Shown piece by piece: positions 51,513 to 64,000 of a stretch of 64,000 nucleotides of DNA; the first letter of the stretch is position 1, and each line of letters opens with the position of its first letter. The stretch lies in contig NC_068989.1 in the NCBI RefSeq assembly GCF_001194135.2, positions 16,997,776 through 17,061,775 of the forward strand, given 5' to 3'. The notes under the pieces are model-generated. The model was given only the letters and a program-made list of their open reading frames with translations, was not told where the DNA came from and searched no databases. The stretch is from Octopus bimaculoides (taxonomy: Eukaryota). Position numbers and translations under genes: made by a program.

Positions 51513-51611
51513 GTGTTTCATTGGAGGAAGGTAAATCTGAAATTCAAGGTTCCGAAGAAGAAATTTTAAGCCCTGAAAAACAATTGGAATTGTTAAGGAA
51601 TTCTGAAAAAG
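51513..51611 (+). CDS. CFAP119: CFAP119-like copy B, exon 8 (VSLEEGKSEIQGSEEEILSPEKQLELLRNSEK)
   Basis: ccacag/gtttgt; 99 nt, phase 1-1; 3' end and downstream intron align with copy A exon 8. Confidence 0.82.
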
Positions 51612-52039
51612 GTTTGTTAGCTAACACTTTAAATAGATAGAGATAATTTTCCATACTGTTAACTTAATATTTAGACTATATATCTACAATATTTATATTT
51701 ACACTACATTTTGATTTTTTGATTGGTATCAAAACAAAGAATCATGGAACTGCTAATACAAGAGGTTGCTTAATAAGGAAATTTATGAGAGCGAGGGCCT
51801 TCTTCATACAGAATCAACAGAAGGACTAGCCACTGAAGTTCCTATCTATGGAATCAAAAATGTGGTTACAGATATGAGGATAGTTGGACTACTTCATAAT
51901 ATTGTGGTCATGTACAATCTATTACATTATATAACACAATATTGCAATGACCTGTATGTTGTTACTCATTATATCTTGTCTCATGTTAAGTTACATAATA
52001 CAATGTTGTATTATAAAATTTCTCTGATGTTCTGACATC

Positions 52040-52535
52040 CTTCTCCCTTCTAGATCTCTTGTCATCTCTCATCATCTTTCACCTCTTCTCCACCATTCTT
52101 GAAATCCTTGTGCCAGCAATAAATAGATGCTCAGCTCATACAAGGTAATCCATAAGCTGTCTGGAACATTTCATGAGTTTTTGTAGTGGTTTTGCTCAGT
52201 TTAACAAAACTTTATTGCATAGCAAGCTTCTAAATTGTCTTCTCATCCTGACTGCATTCTGCAAACTAGTCAGCTATATGACAAACGGTGTTTAGTGGGG
52301 TCTATTCAAAATACTCTTACAGCCAGTTCCTTCAATCTTGGAATAAAAAAAGTTGACAGGTCAGCTTATTAGCTGTAGTTAGCATCTATCAATCTTGAGA
52401 GGCCTTAGATCTGTGCTCGAAGAAACTGTGTCAGCTGGTGATGGTGGTGCAGCATCTGTTGTGGCTGTGCAAGACCACAAATGGAGTGACAGTCATGCAT
52501 ACAGTGACTGCATTTACACTTACCTTGTATTATGT
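52040..52535 (-). mobile_element. Mariner 5' fragment (HTH region)
   Basis: THEMFQTAYGLPCMS*ASIYCWHKDFKNGGEEVKDDER. Confidence 0.7.
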
Positions 52536-52560
52536 TATGTTGTATATACATTATACAATA

Positions 52561-52887
52561 GTAGGCATAAGAGTGGATGTGTGATAAGTAGCTTGCTTAC
52601 CAACCACATGGTTCTGGGTTCAGTCCCACTATGTGACACCTTGGGCAAGTGTCTTCTACTATAGCCTCAGGCCGACCAATGCCTTGTGAGTGGATTTGGT
52701 AGATGGAAACTGAAAGAAGCCCATCGTATATATGTATATGTGTATATGTTTGTGTATCTGTGTTTGTCCCCCCCCCCTCGCCAACATCGCTTGACAACCG
52801 ATGCTGGTGTGTTTACACCCCTGTAACTTAGCGGTTCGACAAAAGAGACCGATAGAATAAGTACTAGGCTTACAAAGAATAAGTCCT
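52561..52887 (+). mobile_element. SINE family B, 3' end in gap
   Basis: Matches consensus up to the gap. Confidence 0.88.
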
Positions 52888-53168
52888 NNNNNNNNNNNNN
52901 NNNNNNNNNNNNNNNNNNNNNNNNNNNNNNNNNNNNNNNNNNNNNNNNNNNNNNNNNNNNNNNNNNNNNNNNNNNNNNNNNNNNNNNNNNNNNNNNNNNN
53001 NNNNNNNNNNNNNNNNNNNNNNNNNNNNNNNNNNNNNNNNNNNNNNNNNNNNNNNNNNNNNNNNNNNNNNNNNNNNNNNNNNNNNNNNNNNNNNNNNNNN
53101 NNNNNNNNNNNNNNNNNNNNNNNNNNNNNNNNNNNNNNNNNNNNNNNNNNNNNNNNNNNNNNNNNNNN

Positions 53169-53527
53169 GCAGCGAACTTGCGGTCATAGGATCGTGGTTT
53201 CGATTCCCAGACCGGGCGTTGTGAGTGTTTATTGAGCGAAAACACCTAAAGCTCCACGAGGCTCCAGCAGGGGATGGTGGCGAACCCTGCTGTACTCTTT
53301 CACCACAACTTTCTCTCACTCTTACTTCCCGTTTCTGTTCTGCCTGTAATTCAAAGGGTCAGCCTTGTCACACTGTGTCACGCTGAATATCCCCGAGAAC
53401 TACGTTAAGGGTACACGTGTCTGTGGAGTGCTCAGCCACTTGCACGATAATTTCACGAGCAGGCTGTTCCGTTGATCGGATCAACTGGAACTCTCGACGT
53501 CGTAAGCGACGGAGTGCCAACAACAAC
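53169..53527 (+). mobile_element. SINE family A, 5' end in gap
   Basis: Body and (CAA)n tail match the other copies. Confidence 0.9.
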
Positions 53528-53944
53528 ATTTAAACATACTGGGTGAGTCAAAAGTAGTGCCCAATTCCTGTTTTAGAGTTGATATGTATCATCTCCTAGT
53601 TGGGAGATACTTTTGATTCTTAATTCTTGTCTTATGGTTTGGGATATCAAAGAGTATTAACATGATACTTGGTTCAGGTTTAGTAACTTCCAAAACTGTC
53701 AGTAATAACCTGCAAGACAACAAAGAAACTGGGTGCTGCTTTTACTCACCCTGCATTTTATATCTTAGTCAAAATGAAGAGGCACTTCTCTTGATCTTTG
53801 CAAACTTCAGACTGCAGAGATTGATACAGTCAATGTTCTGTTTAAATGTTGATTTCTGGAGAAAAAATTTGTGTGGTCAGTATTTGAGATCACCACATTA
53901 TCTGACTCTTAATGATAACTAAACAATTATTTCTTTTCTTATCA

Positions 53945-54445
53945 TTTCATCTTTTAATTTTGTTTGTTTGTTTGTTTGTTTCTTTTTTTATGCCTCCATT
54001 CCTCCCTCCATCCCTCCGTCCCTCCATCCCTCCGTCCCTCCATCCCTCCCGCTCTACGTCCCTCCCGCTCTCCGTCCGTCACTCCATCCCTCCCGCTCTC
54101 CGTCCGTCACCCCATCCCTCCCTCCGATCGGCCTCCCTTCCGTCCGTCCGTACCTTCCCCTCTCCCTCCGTCCTTTTCTTTCTTTCTTTCTTTCTTTCGT
54201 TCTTTCCTTCGTTCTTTCCTTCGTTCTTTCGTTCTTTCGTTCTTTCTTTCGTTCTTTCTTTCTTTCTTTCTTTCGTTCTTTCTTTCTTTCTTTCTTTCGT
54301 TCTTTCGTTCTTTCTTTCGTTCTTTCTTTCTTTCTTTCGTTATTTCTTTCTTTCTTTCTTTCGTTATTTCTTTCTTTCTTTCTTTCGTTATTTGTTTGTT
54401 TGTTTGTTTGTTTGTTTGTTTGTTTGTTTCTTTCTTTCTTATTTC
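53945..54445. repeat. Compound (TTTG)n/(CCAT,CCGT)n/(TTTC)n microsatellite before the last exon of copy B
   Basis: Direct reading. Confidence 0.95.
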
Positions 54446-54475
54446 ATCTCTCCGTCTCTCTTATACACATTCTAG

Positions 54476-54669
54476 AAAAAGCTAAGGCATATCTGAGAAA
54501 CATGATCACAGAATTCTTACAAGGAAAGATCAAAGAAATAAAATTGTCAGTTCAAGGAAAGTTGAAAGATTCTGAAAAAATAGTGAATACTAAACTGGAT
54601 GAAGCTGGTTACAGCCGTTACCTCAAAAAAGGAAGACCTAGACTCGGCAAATCTGGAAGAACAAACTAA
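54476..54669 (+). CDS. CFAP119: CFAP119-like copy B, last coding exon (EKAKAYLRNMITEFLQGK...RTN*)
   Basis: tctag acceptor after (TTTC)n/(TTTG)n tracts; the nine exons total 858 nt = 285 aa + stop. Confidence 0.9.
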
Positions 54670-54747
54670 CAAAAACCTAAATAAATTACTATAACATAAT
54701 ATAAATGGAAATATAAATGCGATGGCATTTTATTCTTTGCTACGGTA

Positions 54748-54778
<31 letters not shown>

Positions 54779-54859
54779 GTGCTCATGGGAACTGCCCATA
54801 TCCTACGTAAAATACTGTCTATGTGATCTCAAATTTTAAAACAAACACATAATTTTCTT

Positions 54860-55005
54860 ATGGTTTCATAAACATTCTCTAGAACAACACTATGTACAAA
54901 TCGAAATATATGGTACCCTAGGCATAACACCTACATGAACTTCTAACTTGTTGTCTCTTGAGGTCTCTGGGTGAGACTTGGACAAAGCAAAAGTCAAACA
55001 TAAAA
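54860..55005 (+). mobile_element. Probable R4/Dong-like 3' end followed by (TAA)n
   Basis: gaggtctctgggtgagacttgga...gcaaaagtcaaacat running into an AAT array; recognised by pattern only. Confidence 0.45.
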
Positions 55006-55102
55006 TAATAATAATAATAATAATGATAATAATATTAATAATAATAATAATGATAATAATAATGATAATAATAATAATGATAATAATAATAATAATAATA
55101 AT

Positions 55103-55521
55103 ATGCAGTACCAGGCAGTGGCTCTCATGGCTTTTGATCTTAACTGATTGAAAGTATTATTATGTACATTGTTTTGTCTTGGTATAAAAGATGGGCTACA
55201 GCAGATATTCTGCTTAATACCACAGATAGTTGATCATGTCCCTTGGTTGCTGACGATATGTGCATCTCTGATCGCGAGCAGAAGTAGTAGGGGAGCATCA
55301 TAGCCATGTGTTGTGAAGAATTCTTTGGGGTTTGAATAATTCATCTCTGGAAACATGGGTGTTTTGTTCATCATCCTTAAACAAACCTTATTCAGAGACC
55401 TTTTGAGCAGGATGGGCTACTCAACCTGAAGGAAATTCTAACTGGGCCCCACCTGCAAGGTTATGTTCTGCTTATGTTGATATAAGATCACTATGTTGTG
55501 CACATATGGTTGTGATGCATG
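55103..55521 (+). mobile_element. (TAA)n-associated element, copy 4
   Basis: Starts atgcagtaccaggcagtggctctcatggc right after the (AAT)n array. Confidence 0.8.
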
Positions 55522-55529
55522 TTGAGCGA

Positions 55530-56545
55530 TTACCTGGAAAAAGTATGGCAAAGTGGCGGACGAAAATTACCAGCATTTTTCTCATACTTTTGTTTTGCAA
55601 TTCCGCTCTACTCAGTCTATCAACTTGTCCTAAATGTCTTTTTAACTTTGTTTCTCACAAATTCGTGTACGCCAGTATGGCTTTTTTACATTCTGTTTGT
55701 TCTCTTCTTTTGTATCCAACTCTATCTGCAGCAACCAAAGCTGCAACCCAAATAATCTTGTTAGTTGCAGTTATATTTCTCGTCTAGTATAGCCCAAAGA
55801 CCGAATCTATCTTTCCGGTTTCAACTTTGAGCATGCGTCGATCAATGTACCTCAGATTAGTGGTGGTGGTGGGGAGGCTGCTTGATCCTGGTCTTCTCTA
55901 ATATATTGGCACAGCGTCCTCACCGTGTCTTGGTCATCATCATATTCTTATGATACAGCTCTTCCCATTATGTCTGCTTCATTTACTGAGAATGAATTTA
56001 CATTTACACTTTGCTCTATGTTTTCACTGTTGCCATTCATTTCCCTGTCCTCGATGGGTACGTTATCTGTTGGTGAAGTATTATTTCTGTTTTCAACTTT
56101 TCTTTTTATCTCTTCAATTTCCATGTCTGTTAACCACCCTTTTGCTCTTATTGCTCTTATCTAGTCGGCTAACCATTTCTCACTTATTTTTAAGGGACCT
56201 ATTTCATTCCATTTTACTTTCATACGTTGTAGAAATCTCCTTCTACTGGGTTCATACCTGATCCAGTAGTCAATTCCTGTTCGGTTTGCCTCCTTATCCC
56301 ACCTTCTTCTCTGCCTCTGATTTTCTGTATAAGCAGTCTCTAGATGACGACTGGGCCTGCGCTGCTCAACCGCAGGGCACCTGCCGGGTGAAAGGCTTTC
56401 ACTTTTGGTTCCAGCCTCATTAATACCATTATTTGGTACCTTTCTTTTTTAGGCATTTTCATTCAACATTGAGGTTTGTGCTTTAAGGTTAGCCACCAGC
56501 CAGTATTTTTATCGAGACACCATCTCTAGTAAGATCATCAACGAT
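55530..56545 (-). mobile_element. R4/Dong-like LINE 5' end (5' UTR and N-terminal ORF)
   Basis: RRRWDKEAN...RRRFLQRMKVKWNE...SEKWLAD*IRAI..KGWLTDMEIEEI, typical N-terminus of this single-ORF group. Confidence 0.7.
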
Positions 56546-57000
56546 TGAGTGAGAGAGCAGTGCATACCATGAAAGTGACACTGGGGTAAAATATACGAAG
56601 CTCAGTGTACCTATCATGACTACCCGTCTGATAAGGGTACACCAGGCACATGCATCACAACCATATGTGCGCGACATCGTGATCTCATATCCAGATAAGC
56701 AGCACATGATCTTGCAAGTGGGATCCAGTTAGAATTTTTTTCAGGTTGAGTAGCCCATCCCACTCAAAAGGTCCCTGAATAAGGGTTGTTTAGGGATGTT
56801 GAACAAAACGCCTATGTTTCCAAAGGTGAATTATCCAAACCCTTAAGAATTTCTCTCAGCACATGGCTATGATGCTCCCCCACTACTTCTGCTCATGATC
56901 AGAGATGCACATATCGTCAGCCACTAAGGTATATGCTCAGCTGGTTAAAGTCAAGCAACTGACCAGCAAATCTGTGGTATTGAGCAGAATATTTGCTGTA

Positions 57001-57003
<3 letters not shown>
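56546..57003 (-). mobile_element. (TAA)n-associated element, copy 5
   Basis: Next to (TTA)n 57006-57088; other end abuts the LINE 5' end. Confidence 0.8.

Positions 57004-57005
<2 letters not shown>

Positions 57006-57088
<83 letters not shown>
57006..57088. repeat. (TTA)n microsatellite; similar arrays at 21574-21622, 23209-23271, 55006-55102, 63481-63508
   Basis: Direct reading. Confidence 0.95.
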
Positions 57089-57247
57089 GTCGTTGTTGTT
57101 GTTGATGTTATTAGCATTATTATTTTGGATACGCTCAGGTTCGGTCTTATTCATGGTATGATTTATGTGGGAAACGGTATGCTATCTGTAAACTTAGGTA
57201 TCAATAAGTTTTCAGCAGTCTTTCAAGTGCTTAGAATCTTCCTGATA

Positions 57248-58140
57248 TGTTGTAACACTTTCGTCTGACTATTTATTACGCCCACTCCAGTATAGCAGTA
57301 TTATTAGTTAGACAAGTAAGACCATGACTATCTATGACCGTCTATTTCGTACTCTCTACCATACTGACACTGACTGACAGTATTTATAATGATTAACACA
57401 TACCACTTGTCACGGGTGGGGGTGGGGGGTTACCATTATTACTATCATCCCTATAACATCTCTCCTTTTAAGTTTTTCTCTTTTTCTTAGGGAGTGTAAT
57501 TTTATTTCTTTTATTAGTAATAATTTTTACATGTACGATTACAAATTTGATATTTTTTCGTTTGGCATCCACTTCCAGGAACTCCGTACATTTTCTTGTG
57601 CGTCTGGATTCAGTTATTTGTAGTGGTATTGGTACTTGAAAAGTATCATATAACCATTCTGTTGGTTCGTCCAATCTTTTGGGTTCGCTCTCAACGAATC
57701 TTGTTTTAGTTGGTTCATGTGTCTCTTGTATATCCCTTTCCTTCCTTTTACTATGTATAGCATTTTTCTTATGTGTTTGGCAATCACGCCATCTTCCCAA
57801 CTTTGTTTTCCGATCTTAAATGTCCTCATAAATACATTTTCACCAACTGTGAAAAATCTGGATGTATTATCTATTGCAATTTTTTTTTTTCTTATCAGGT
57901 AGCAATTTAACGAAGACTGATTTTATTTTCCCCGCAAACATCAGCTCCGCTGGTGACATACCCGTTGGTGACATACCCGTTGGTGTATTTGGATTTGTTG
58001 TAGAGCTACCTAATCCGTGACTTCCTTGTTCGACTTTCTTAGGTCTCTCTCTTGAACATATCGACAAAGCGTTCTGCTTGTTCATTACAAAGACTGACAC
58101 GTCAAATATATCTAAGAAATAGCTATTTACATATTCTTTA
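57248..58140 (-). mobile_element. Gypsy 3' remnant (integrase end, PPT, 3' LTR 57248-57458)
   Basis: SPAELMFAGKIKS, WLYDTFQVPIP similar to 33380-33568; aaaggagaga|TGTTAT...ACAACA. Confidence 0.8.
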
Positions 58141-59261
58141 AGCCTGTGAGCACGTGTATATTTCTTTATATCTGTATGCATATGTGTGGATATGTAAGAG
58201 TTTCTATCTATTGCGTATGTGTGCGTTTGCTGGTTGATGCATGTGTATTTGTGCATAGGTGCAACTTTCACCGCATTTTACGAACATTTGTGTCATTGGT
58301 TTCTATGGTTTCTAAATCAGTAATCACTGATTTACTGAATTTGTGATGTGAATGACAAGGGATCGTTTGTCGAACTCGGGCTGTACAAATATAACAAAGG
58401 AACTGGCCAGTTAACTTGGTATTCGGTTGTATTACATGTTCTTTGTTTGTTTGTTTGTTTGTTTGTTTGTTTGTTTGTTTCTTTCTTTCTACTGCTGCTG
58501 CTACATCCACCACCACCACCACNNNNNNNNNNNNNNNNNNNNNNNNNNNNNNNNNNNNNNNNNNNNNNNNNNNNNNNNNNNNNNNNNNNNNNNNNNNNNN
58601 NNNNNNNNNNNNNNNNNNNNNNNNNNNNNNNNNNNNNNNNNNNNNNNNNNNNNNNNNNNNNNNNNNNNNNNNNNNNNNNNNNNNNATATATATATATATA
58701 TAAAAACAAATTTACAACCCTGGAATCTTTATATATTAACCATCAATCTCACCACAAACTAGATGCAGTGAAATCACGTCATCACGTCAGTGACCAGGCT
58801 GCAGTGGGTGGGACAAAAAATTTGACACCAAATAAACGTTGAAGTAATTTGAATTGTCTTTATGCGTAATTGAATGGCTAATGTGTATCTTCCATGCTGC
58901 AGTTGTGTAAAAGAAACTATAATTCAATTCCAAAATGTCAATAAGTTGAAAATAATGTATTCTTTTGTCTATTAGACATTTATTAGATATGATTAAATTG
59001 CTGAATAAAGTACATGCATACATGACAGAATGTAGTTAGTCACTGTCTGTCAGTTTCTATCTGCCTACCTGTATATCTGCTTGTTGCTATTTGTTTTTAT
59101 TTATTTCAATAGTTCATTGATTTCTAGACGTAACCCATAACATAATATATGATGGTGATCATATGAAGAACTTGTTTGAAATAATATTATTGAAAAAAAT
59201 TAGAAATGAGAATTGTGATGTCTATGCATCTCCCTCAAATATTAAATCGTTGCTATTATGT

Positions 59262-59482
59262 TAAACTGTCGTATGTCCAAATTTGGCCAAATGCGTTTTT
59301 TTCAATAGTTATTTTTGCTTGCAATAGCCGGTTCTTTTGGGTCAAACTATCGTATCTCCAGCTGCTTCAGATGCCAAGATATCAAAAATTATCAAAGTGT
59401 AGTACAACGGTTTTGCCATTGAAAGGTGAAACTAGTTTTTCGTTTTCTGACAAAGCAACGTTTTGGACTTACGACACTTTTG
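59262..59482. mobile_element. MITE-like element
   Basis: aaactgtcgtatgtccaaa (59263) matches the reverse complement of tttggacttacgacacttt (59462-59480) at 17/19; non-coding interior. Confidence 0.55.
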
Positions 59483-59777
59483 CATAATGGCAACGAAGTA
59501 CATTAAGGAAATGATGGGAACACAATTTTGAACTGTTGAGTGTTTAACTCAGAGCCAACTCACTACTCTACATTGTTTATTGCTTCAGTGTGTATAGAAT
59601 GTATAATAATTATTGGTGCTAGTCATCTATGACAGCTGTGAAGATTACCAAGGTTAGAGTGAATTATTCAGATTAAATACAGTGTTAACGAAAGTTGCTA
59701 GAGGTTCCATTGATCTGTGAGGAATTCGAGATGTTGACATGTCAGAACCATGGTACGGTTTATATACAACGACAGCC

Positions 59778-59801
59778 ATGGCTATGAACAGAACTATTAA
59801 G
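59778..59801 (+). other. Candidate first coding exon of a downstream gene (MAMNRTIK), possibly a third paralogue
   Basis: agccATGG Kozak context and AAG|gtaacg donor, phase 0 like copy B exon 1; no second exon found in the window. Confidence 0.3.
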
Positions 59802-60492
59802 GTAACGCATATTCCACATGTTAGACCTGAAAAGAGAAAAATAGAAATTTAGAGAAAGAGAATGAGAAAAAAAAGGTAGAAAGAAATAGAGGGAGAGAGT
59901 GTGATAAAGGGAAGAGAGAAGGGGTTTACTGTAAATTTCTGATTATAATGGGTAAAAGGTAGTAGGAACTGGAAAAGTTGTTAAGGTGGTTTTCAAAGTC
60001 GCCCCTTATCAAATACAGACGACTATTCAATTGATAGACTGACTCTCTCGTTGATACAATGATTCGACACTACTACTACGACTACTACCATGCTGCTACT
60101 ACCACCACCAGCATACTATTTCTCCCACTATTACGAACCAGTCCTTAATATCAACATCGCCAGTAAGGAACGATAGACAATTTCCAGTGTTAAAATAGTT
60201 ACTACAATTATGAATCAGGAAGCGTTAAAAGGAGACCAACAATCACTGCCATGCGAACAGTGTAAGAAAAACATGTAAACTTTTAATATTGCTATCATGA
60301 AAGCTTAATTGAATTCAATTTATTTTCCCTTACTATATGAGTACATAGTCTTAAACAATTAAAACCGGTTGTATATTTTGATAAAAATATAAATATTTCT
60401 CCTTTTATTCATCATTCTCAAAGCAGGTTTTCCTTGTTTTTGTGGGAAACTTAAATTTCTCAATGTACATATATACGTACATATGCACATAC

Positions 60493-60528
<36 letters not shown>

Positions 60529-60644
60529 NNNNNNNNNNCCATTGAAATCGGGAAACCGGGCCCATGAGCCTGGCTTTAAAAGGGCGCATTTGATTTGATA
60601 CATGTATATTCATATACATATGTATATATATTCATGTGTGTGTG

Positions 60645-60870
60645 TGGGGGGGCCTAGTGGTTAGTGTGTCAGAATCATGATCGTAAGATTGTGGTTTCGA
60701 TTCCTGGACCGGGCGACGCGTTGTGTTCTTGAGCAAAACACTTCATTTCCAGTCCGCTCAGCTGGCAAAAATGAGTAACGCTGCGATGGACTGGCTTCTC
60801 GTCCAGCTGGGGAACACGTACGCCATTGAAATCGGGAAACCGGGCCCATGAGCCTGGCTTTAAAAGGGCG
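60645..60870 (+). mobile_element. tRNA-headed SINE family C
   Basis: cctagtggttag...ggtttcgattcctggaccgggcg...cttgagcaaaacacttcatt...gcgatggactggc. Confidence 0.85.
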
Positions 60871-63007
60871 CATTTGATTTGATACATGTATATTCATATA
60901 CATATGTATATATATTCATGTGTGTGTGTGTATATGTTGACCCTGGCTAGAAGGCCAAAGAAATATTTCAGAGACCAGCTGAGGATCACTTTGAAGAGAA
61001 GTGACATCAGCCATTTAAGAGAGCAAATATAGCTACCAACCATTCATTCATTCTGTTAGTTTCACTTTAAGAGGATAACTGAAGATATTTCGGAGAAACG
61101 AACTCGCCTCTATTATGTGAAGCAAAGCAATGTAGCATGAACACAAAATTATATTGTCTCTCACTAAAGATTTACTTGTCCCATCTTTGACTGTAGCTGC
61201 CCACCAAAGCTTGGTATGTACCGCCATCTTCCACAAATGAAGAAGATCGTTATCATAGCATTCGATCGACAACCATAAGCATGTCAATATATTGAGAGAT
61301 CTCTATATGTATTCTCATTCCCTTTCTATTTTGCTATCGTCAGTTCGTTTCATCCATGTTTACAATTCATTCTGATCGCTTCTATCTCGTCCTACGTCCT
61401 CCCACTGACTCACATCGAACACCCCGTCCACAATCTCTCAATTCCACCACATCTGCCGCCCCTGTAGCTGTGACCATTATTTTGAAGAACAGTCTCAGTA
61501 GGTGATTCATCATTTCCTTCGACGCGGAGAATCCACCACCCTATACCATACAGCTCTCACCGACGTCCGTGTAGTCGATTACACCTCAAGCTTTCTTTCC
61601 GTCTCACCTACAATACTAATTATTTGCGCTGAATCCTGAGTACATTCCGACTCCTTGATTCCGACCTCAACACTTCTCATATTTTCACCAACCTACCCCT
61701 TACCTCCACACTAATTTTCCCGTAATGGAAACTATAAGCATATAACAAAAACAACAACAATAATAATAACTATCTGGACCCGTGAAAAATTCACGGAAAA
61801 CATAAAAAATGTGAGCACCTGTTAACAGTGTGCTGGTGCCTTGAGAAATGTCTGTATATTATGACTGTCTGTCTTTACGTTCTGAGTTCAAGTTCTGCCG
61901 AGATCGACTTTGCCTTTCGTCCTTTCGGGGTCGATAAATTAAGTATCAGTTGTGTACTGTGGTAGATCTAATTAACTAGCCTCTTTCCCACAAAAAAATC
62001 AGGCCTAGAAAAGTATATTGTGACAGTTACAGAATATAGAAAGTAATGTAACACCAATAACTATACAATCCAAGCAAAATATCTGTTACACAAACGTAAA
62101 CGGAATTACTATTTAACCTTAAAATACATCGTACATATTCAAAGACCCTTAATGTACAAATTGAAATGCAAAAGAACGAAATAAATGGATTTATGAACGA
62201 AAGTTTGGTAATTGCGTTTATTTCCACCACGCGACACTTATTATTGCAAACATGTTTTAACTAACCTAAACTACACACACACATACAAATACATTCATAT
62301 ATATATATATGTCACGAGTTGTAGCTGTAATTCAAAGGGGCCAGCCTTGTCATATTCTATGTGAGGTTGAATTTGCCTGAGAACTACGTTAATGTTAGGC
62401 ATGTCTGTGGAGTACACAGCTATTTGTGAGTGAATTTTATCCTCGTGTGATAATGAAAAGTGAAATTGACATCCAATATTTGCTGTGTGTTTGTATCTAT
62501 GTATGAACTTTTCTTTGGATTTATGTATCTACGGTCTCACTCACTTTCTCTCTGTCTCTTTCACTTCCTTTGTGTCCCGCTTCTCTCCCGCTTTTGATTT
62601 AACAATGTGTATATGTATCCATGTATCTACTTCTCTTGTGATGTGATAAACATTTAAAAACACAAAACGAATGCCGTCCCCACTCATTGTCTCTTTCACT
62701 CTCTCTCTTTCTCTCTCACTTTTTCTCTATCTCTCACTCTCTTTCTCTCTTACGTCCTCTCTGAAACATTTAAAAACGCAAAACGAACGCTGTCTCTACC
62801 CACTGTCTCTTTCACTCTTTCCCTTTCTCTCTCACTCTTTCACTTCCTCTCTGTCCTCCTCTCTTTCGCTTTGCCACTTCCTGGAAGTGTGACGCACACA
62901 ACAGGTACGTACAAAAACAAAAGGTTGGTGTATTAATATTATTGAGAGTAATAATGATGATGATGGTGGTGGTGGTGGTGGTGGTGGTAATAATAATAAC
63001 AATAATA

Positions 63008-63479
63008 GGCTCTCATGGCTTCTGATCTTAACTGATTGGAAGTGTTATCATGTACATTATTTTGTCTTGGTATAAAAGATGAGCTGCAGCAAATATTCTG
63101 CTCAATACCACAGATTTACTTGTCAGTTGTTTGACCTTAATCAGTTGAGCATGTCCCTTAGTGGCTGACGATATGTGCATCTCTGATCACGAGCAGAAGT
63201 TCTTTGGGGTTTGAATAATTCACCTCTAGAAACATGGTTGTTTCGTTCAACATCCTTAAACAAACTTTATTCAGGGATCTTTTGAGTGGGATGGGCTACT
63301 CGACCTGAAGAAAATTCTAACCGGGCCCCACCTGCAAGGTCATGCACTATTTATCTTGATATGAGATCACTATGTCGCGCACATGGTTGTGATGCATATA
63401 CCTGATGTACCCTTATCAGACGGTAGTCACGAGCTTCGTATATTTTACTTCAGTGTTACTTTGATGGCATGCACCACTC

Positions 63480-63480
<1 letters not shown>
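63008..63480 (+). mobile_element. (TAA)n-associated element, copy 6
   Basis: (AAT)n on both sides. Confidence 0.8.
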
Positions 63481-63507
<27 letters not shown>

Positions 63508-63510
<3 letters not shown>

Positions 63511-63925
63511 TGTCTGCATTATAAAATCAAAACTGCTGACAAATGGTACAAGCATCACCCCGAGGCTGTAACTGAGGGAGAAAATGTAACGATTCTTTGG
63601 GACAACCCATTATGCACAGATTAGACCATTAAAGCAAATATACCAGATAAAGTTTGTTTATTGATTGACATGATCATACTTTGTGACCGCTCAGAAAATA
63701 TAAAGATTTGCTTATCGAAATCGAAAGGATGTTGCATCTCGAGACGATTACAATACCAATGATTGTAGGAGCACTTGGAATGATCTAAAAAGGAACTGAA
63801 ACTTATTTAAGAATGATCCCTGACTTACCACCCATGCAGTAAGTGCAAAAGATTGTCTTAACTGGTACGTCACACCTGTTGAGAAGAACATAGTCGATGT
63901 GAATTTTCTTTCCCTTTTTCCTTCC
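63508..63925 (+). mobile_element. R4/Dong-like 5'-truncated copy, same subfamily as 20550-21575
   Basis: YKIKTADKWYKHHPEAV...GALGMI...; starts right after (AAT)n. Confidence 0.85.
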
Positions 63926-64000
63926 TTTATTTACTCTTTTATACTCTTTTATTTGTTTCAGTAATTTGACTGCGGCCATGCTGGAGCGCTGCCTTTGGTC
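63925..64000 (-). mobile_element. SINE family B 3' end at the window edge
   Basis: ttgtttcagtaatttgactgcggccatgctggagc. Confidence 0.8.

Noticed and set aside
51766-52035. Acidic ORF MLNKEIYESEG... after copy B exon 8
   Set aside because: No suitable donor; the homologous region in copy A (8200-8300) has no matching frame.
53912-54475. Long F/S/L/P-rich ORFs (also 48493-48794, 30075-30550, 56905-57154)
   Set aside because: Translations of microsatellites; only 54476-54669 is a real exon.
60090-60162. ATG...GCCA|gtaagg possible first exon
   Set aside because: Lies in (CTA/CCA)n low-complexity sequence with no homology or partner exon.
60539-60930. ~107 bp exact duplication (60539-60645 and 60823-60930)
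   Set aside because: It abuts a 10-N gap and is identical, so most likely a contig-overlap artefact; needs long reads.
61000-61720. C-rich stretch with a YY1-like motif and short ORF
   Set aside because: No recognisable domain, splice pattern or second copy; left unannotated.
63160-63200. CTGACGA hammerhead-like core in the (TAA)n-associated element
   Set aside because: No GAAA or stem I/III arrangement could be built.

Overview
AT-rich, repeat-dense animal genomic DNA with nine N-gaps. The SINE and simple-repeat content looks like an octopus (coleoid cephalopod) scaffold; this is an inference. The only host genes I can build are two tandem, same-strand (+) paralogues of a CFAP119/CCDC189-like gene (CLAMP/C1a-32 family, flagellar axoneme). 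Copy A shows its last five coding exons (403-11683). Copy B is complete, with nine GT-AG exons at 15712-54669 that splice in phase into 285 aa. A possible third first exon lies at 59778. The rest is mostly mobile DNA: a ~10.8 kb head-to-tail chain of R4/Dong-like RLE retrotransposon fragments joined by (TAA)n, a ~560 bp non-coding element that follows the same (TAA)n orientation rule, a Penelope-like element with a ~125-codon open insert inside its GIY-YIG motif, DD37E and DD37D Tc1/mariner relics, two Gypsy relics (one with both LTRs but no RT/RNase H), Tx1, RTE and CR1-like fragments, and several tRNA-headed SINE families with swapped modules. All alignments and translations were done by eye. 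Exon boundaries were counted to the base; repeat boundaries are approximate, and no database was searched.
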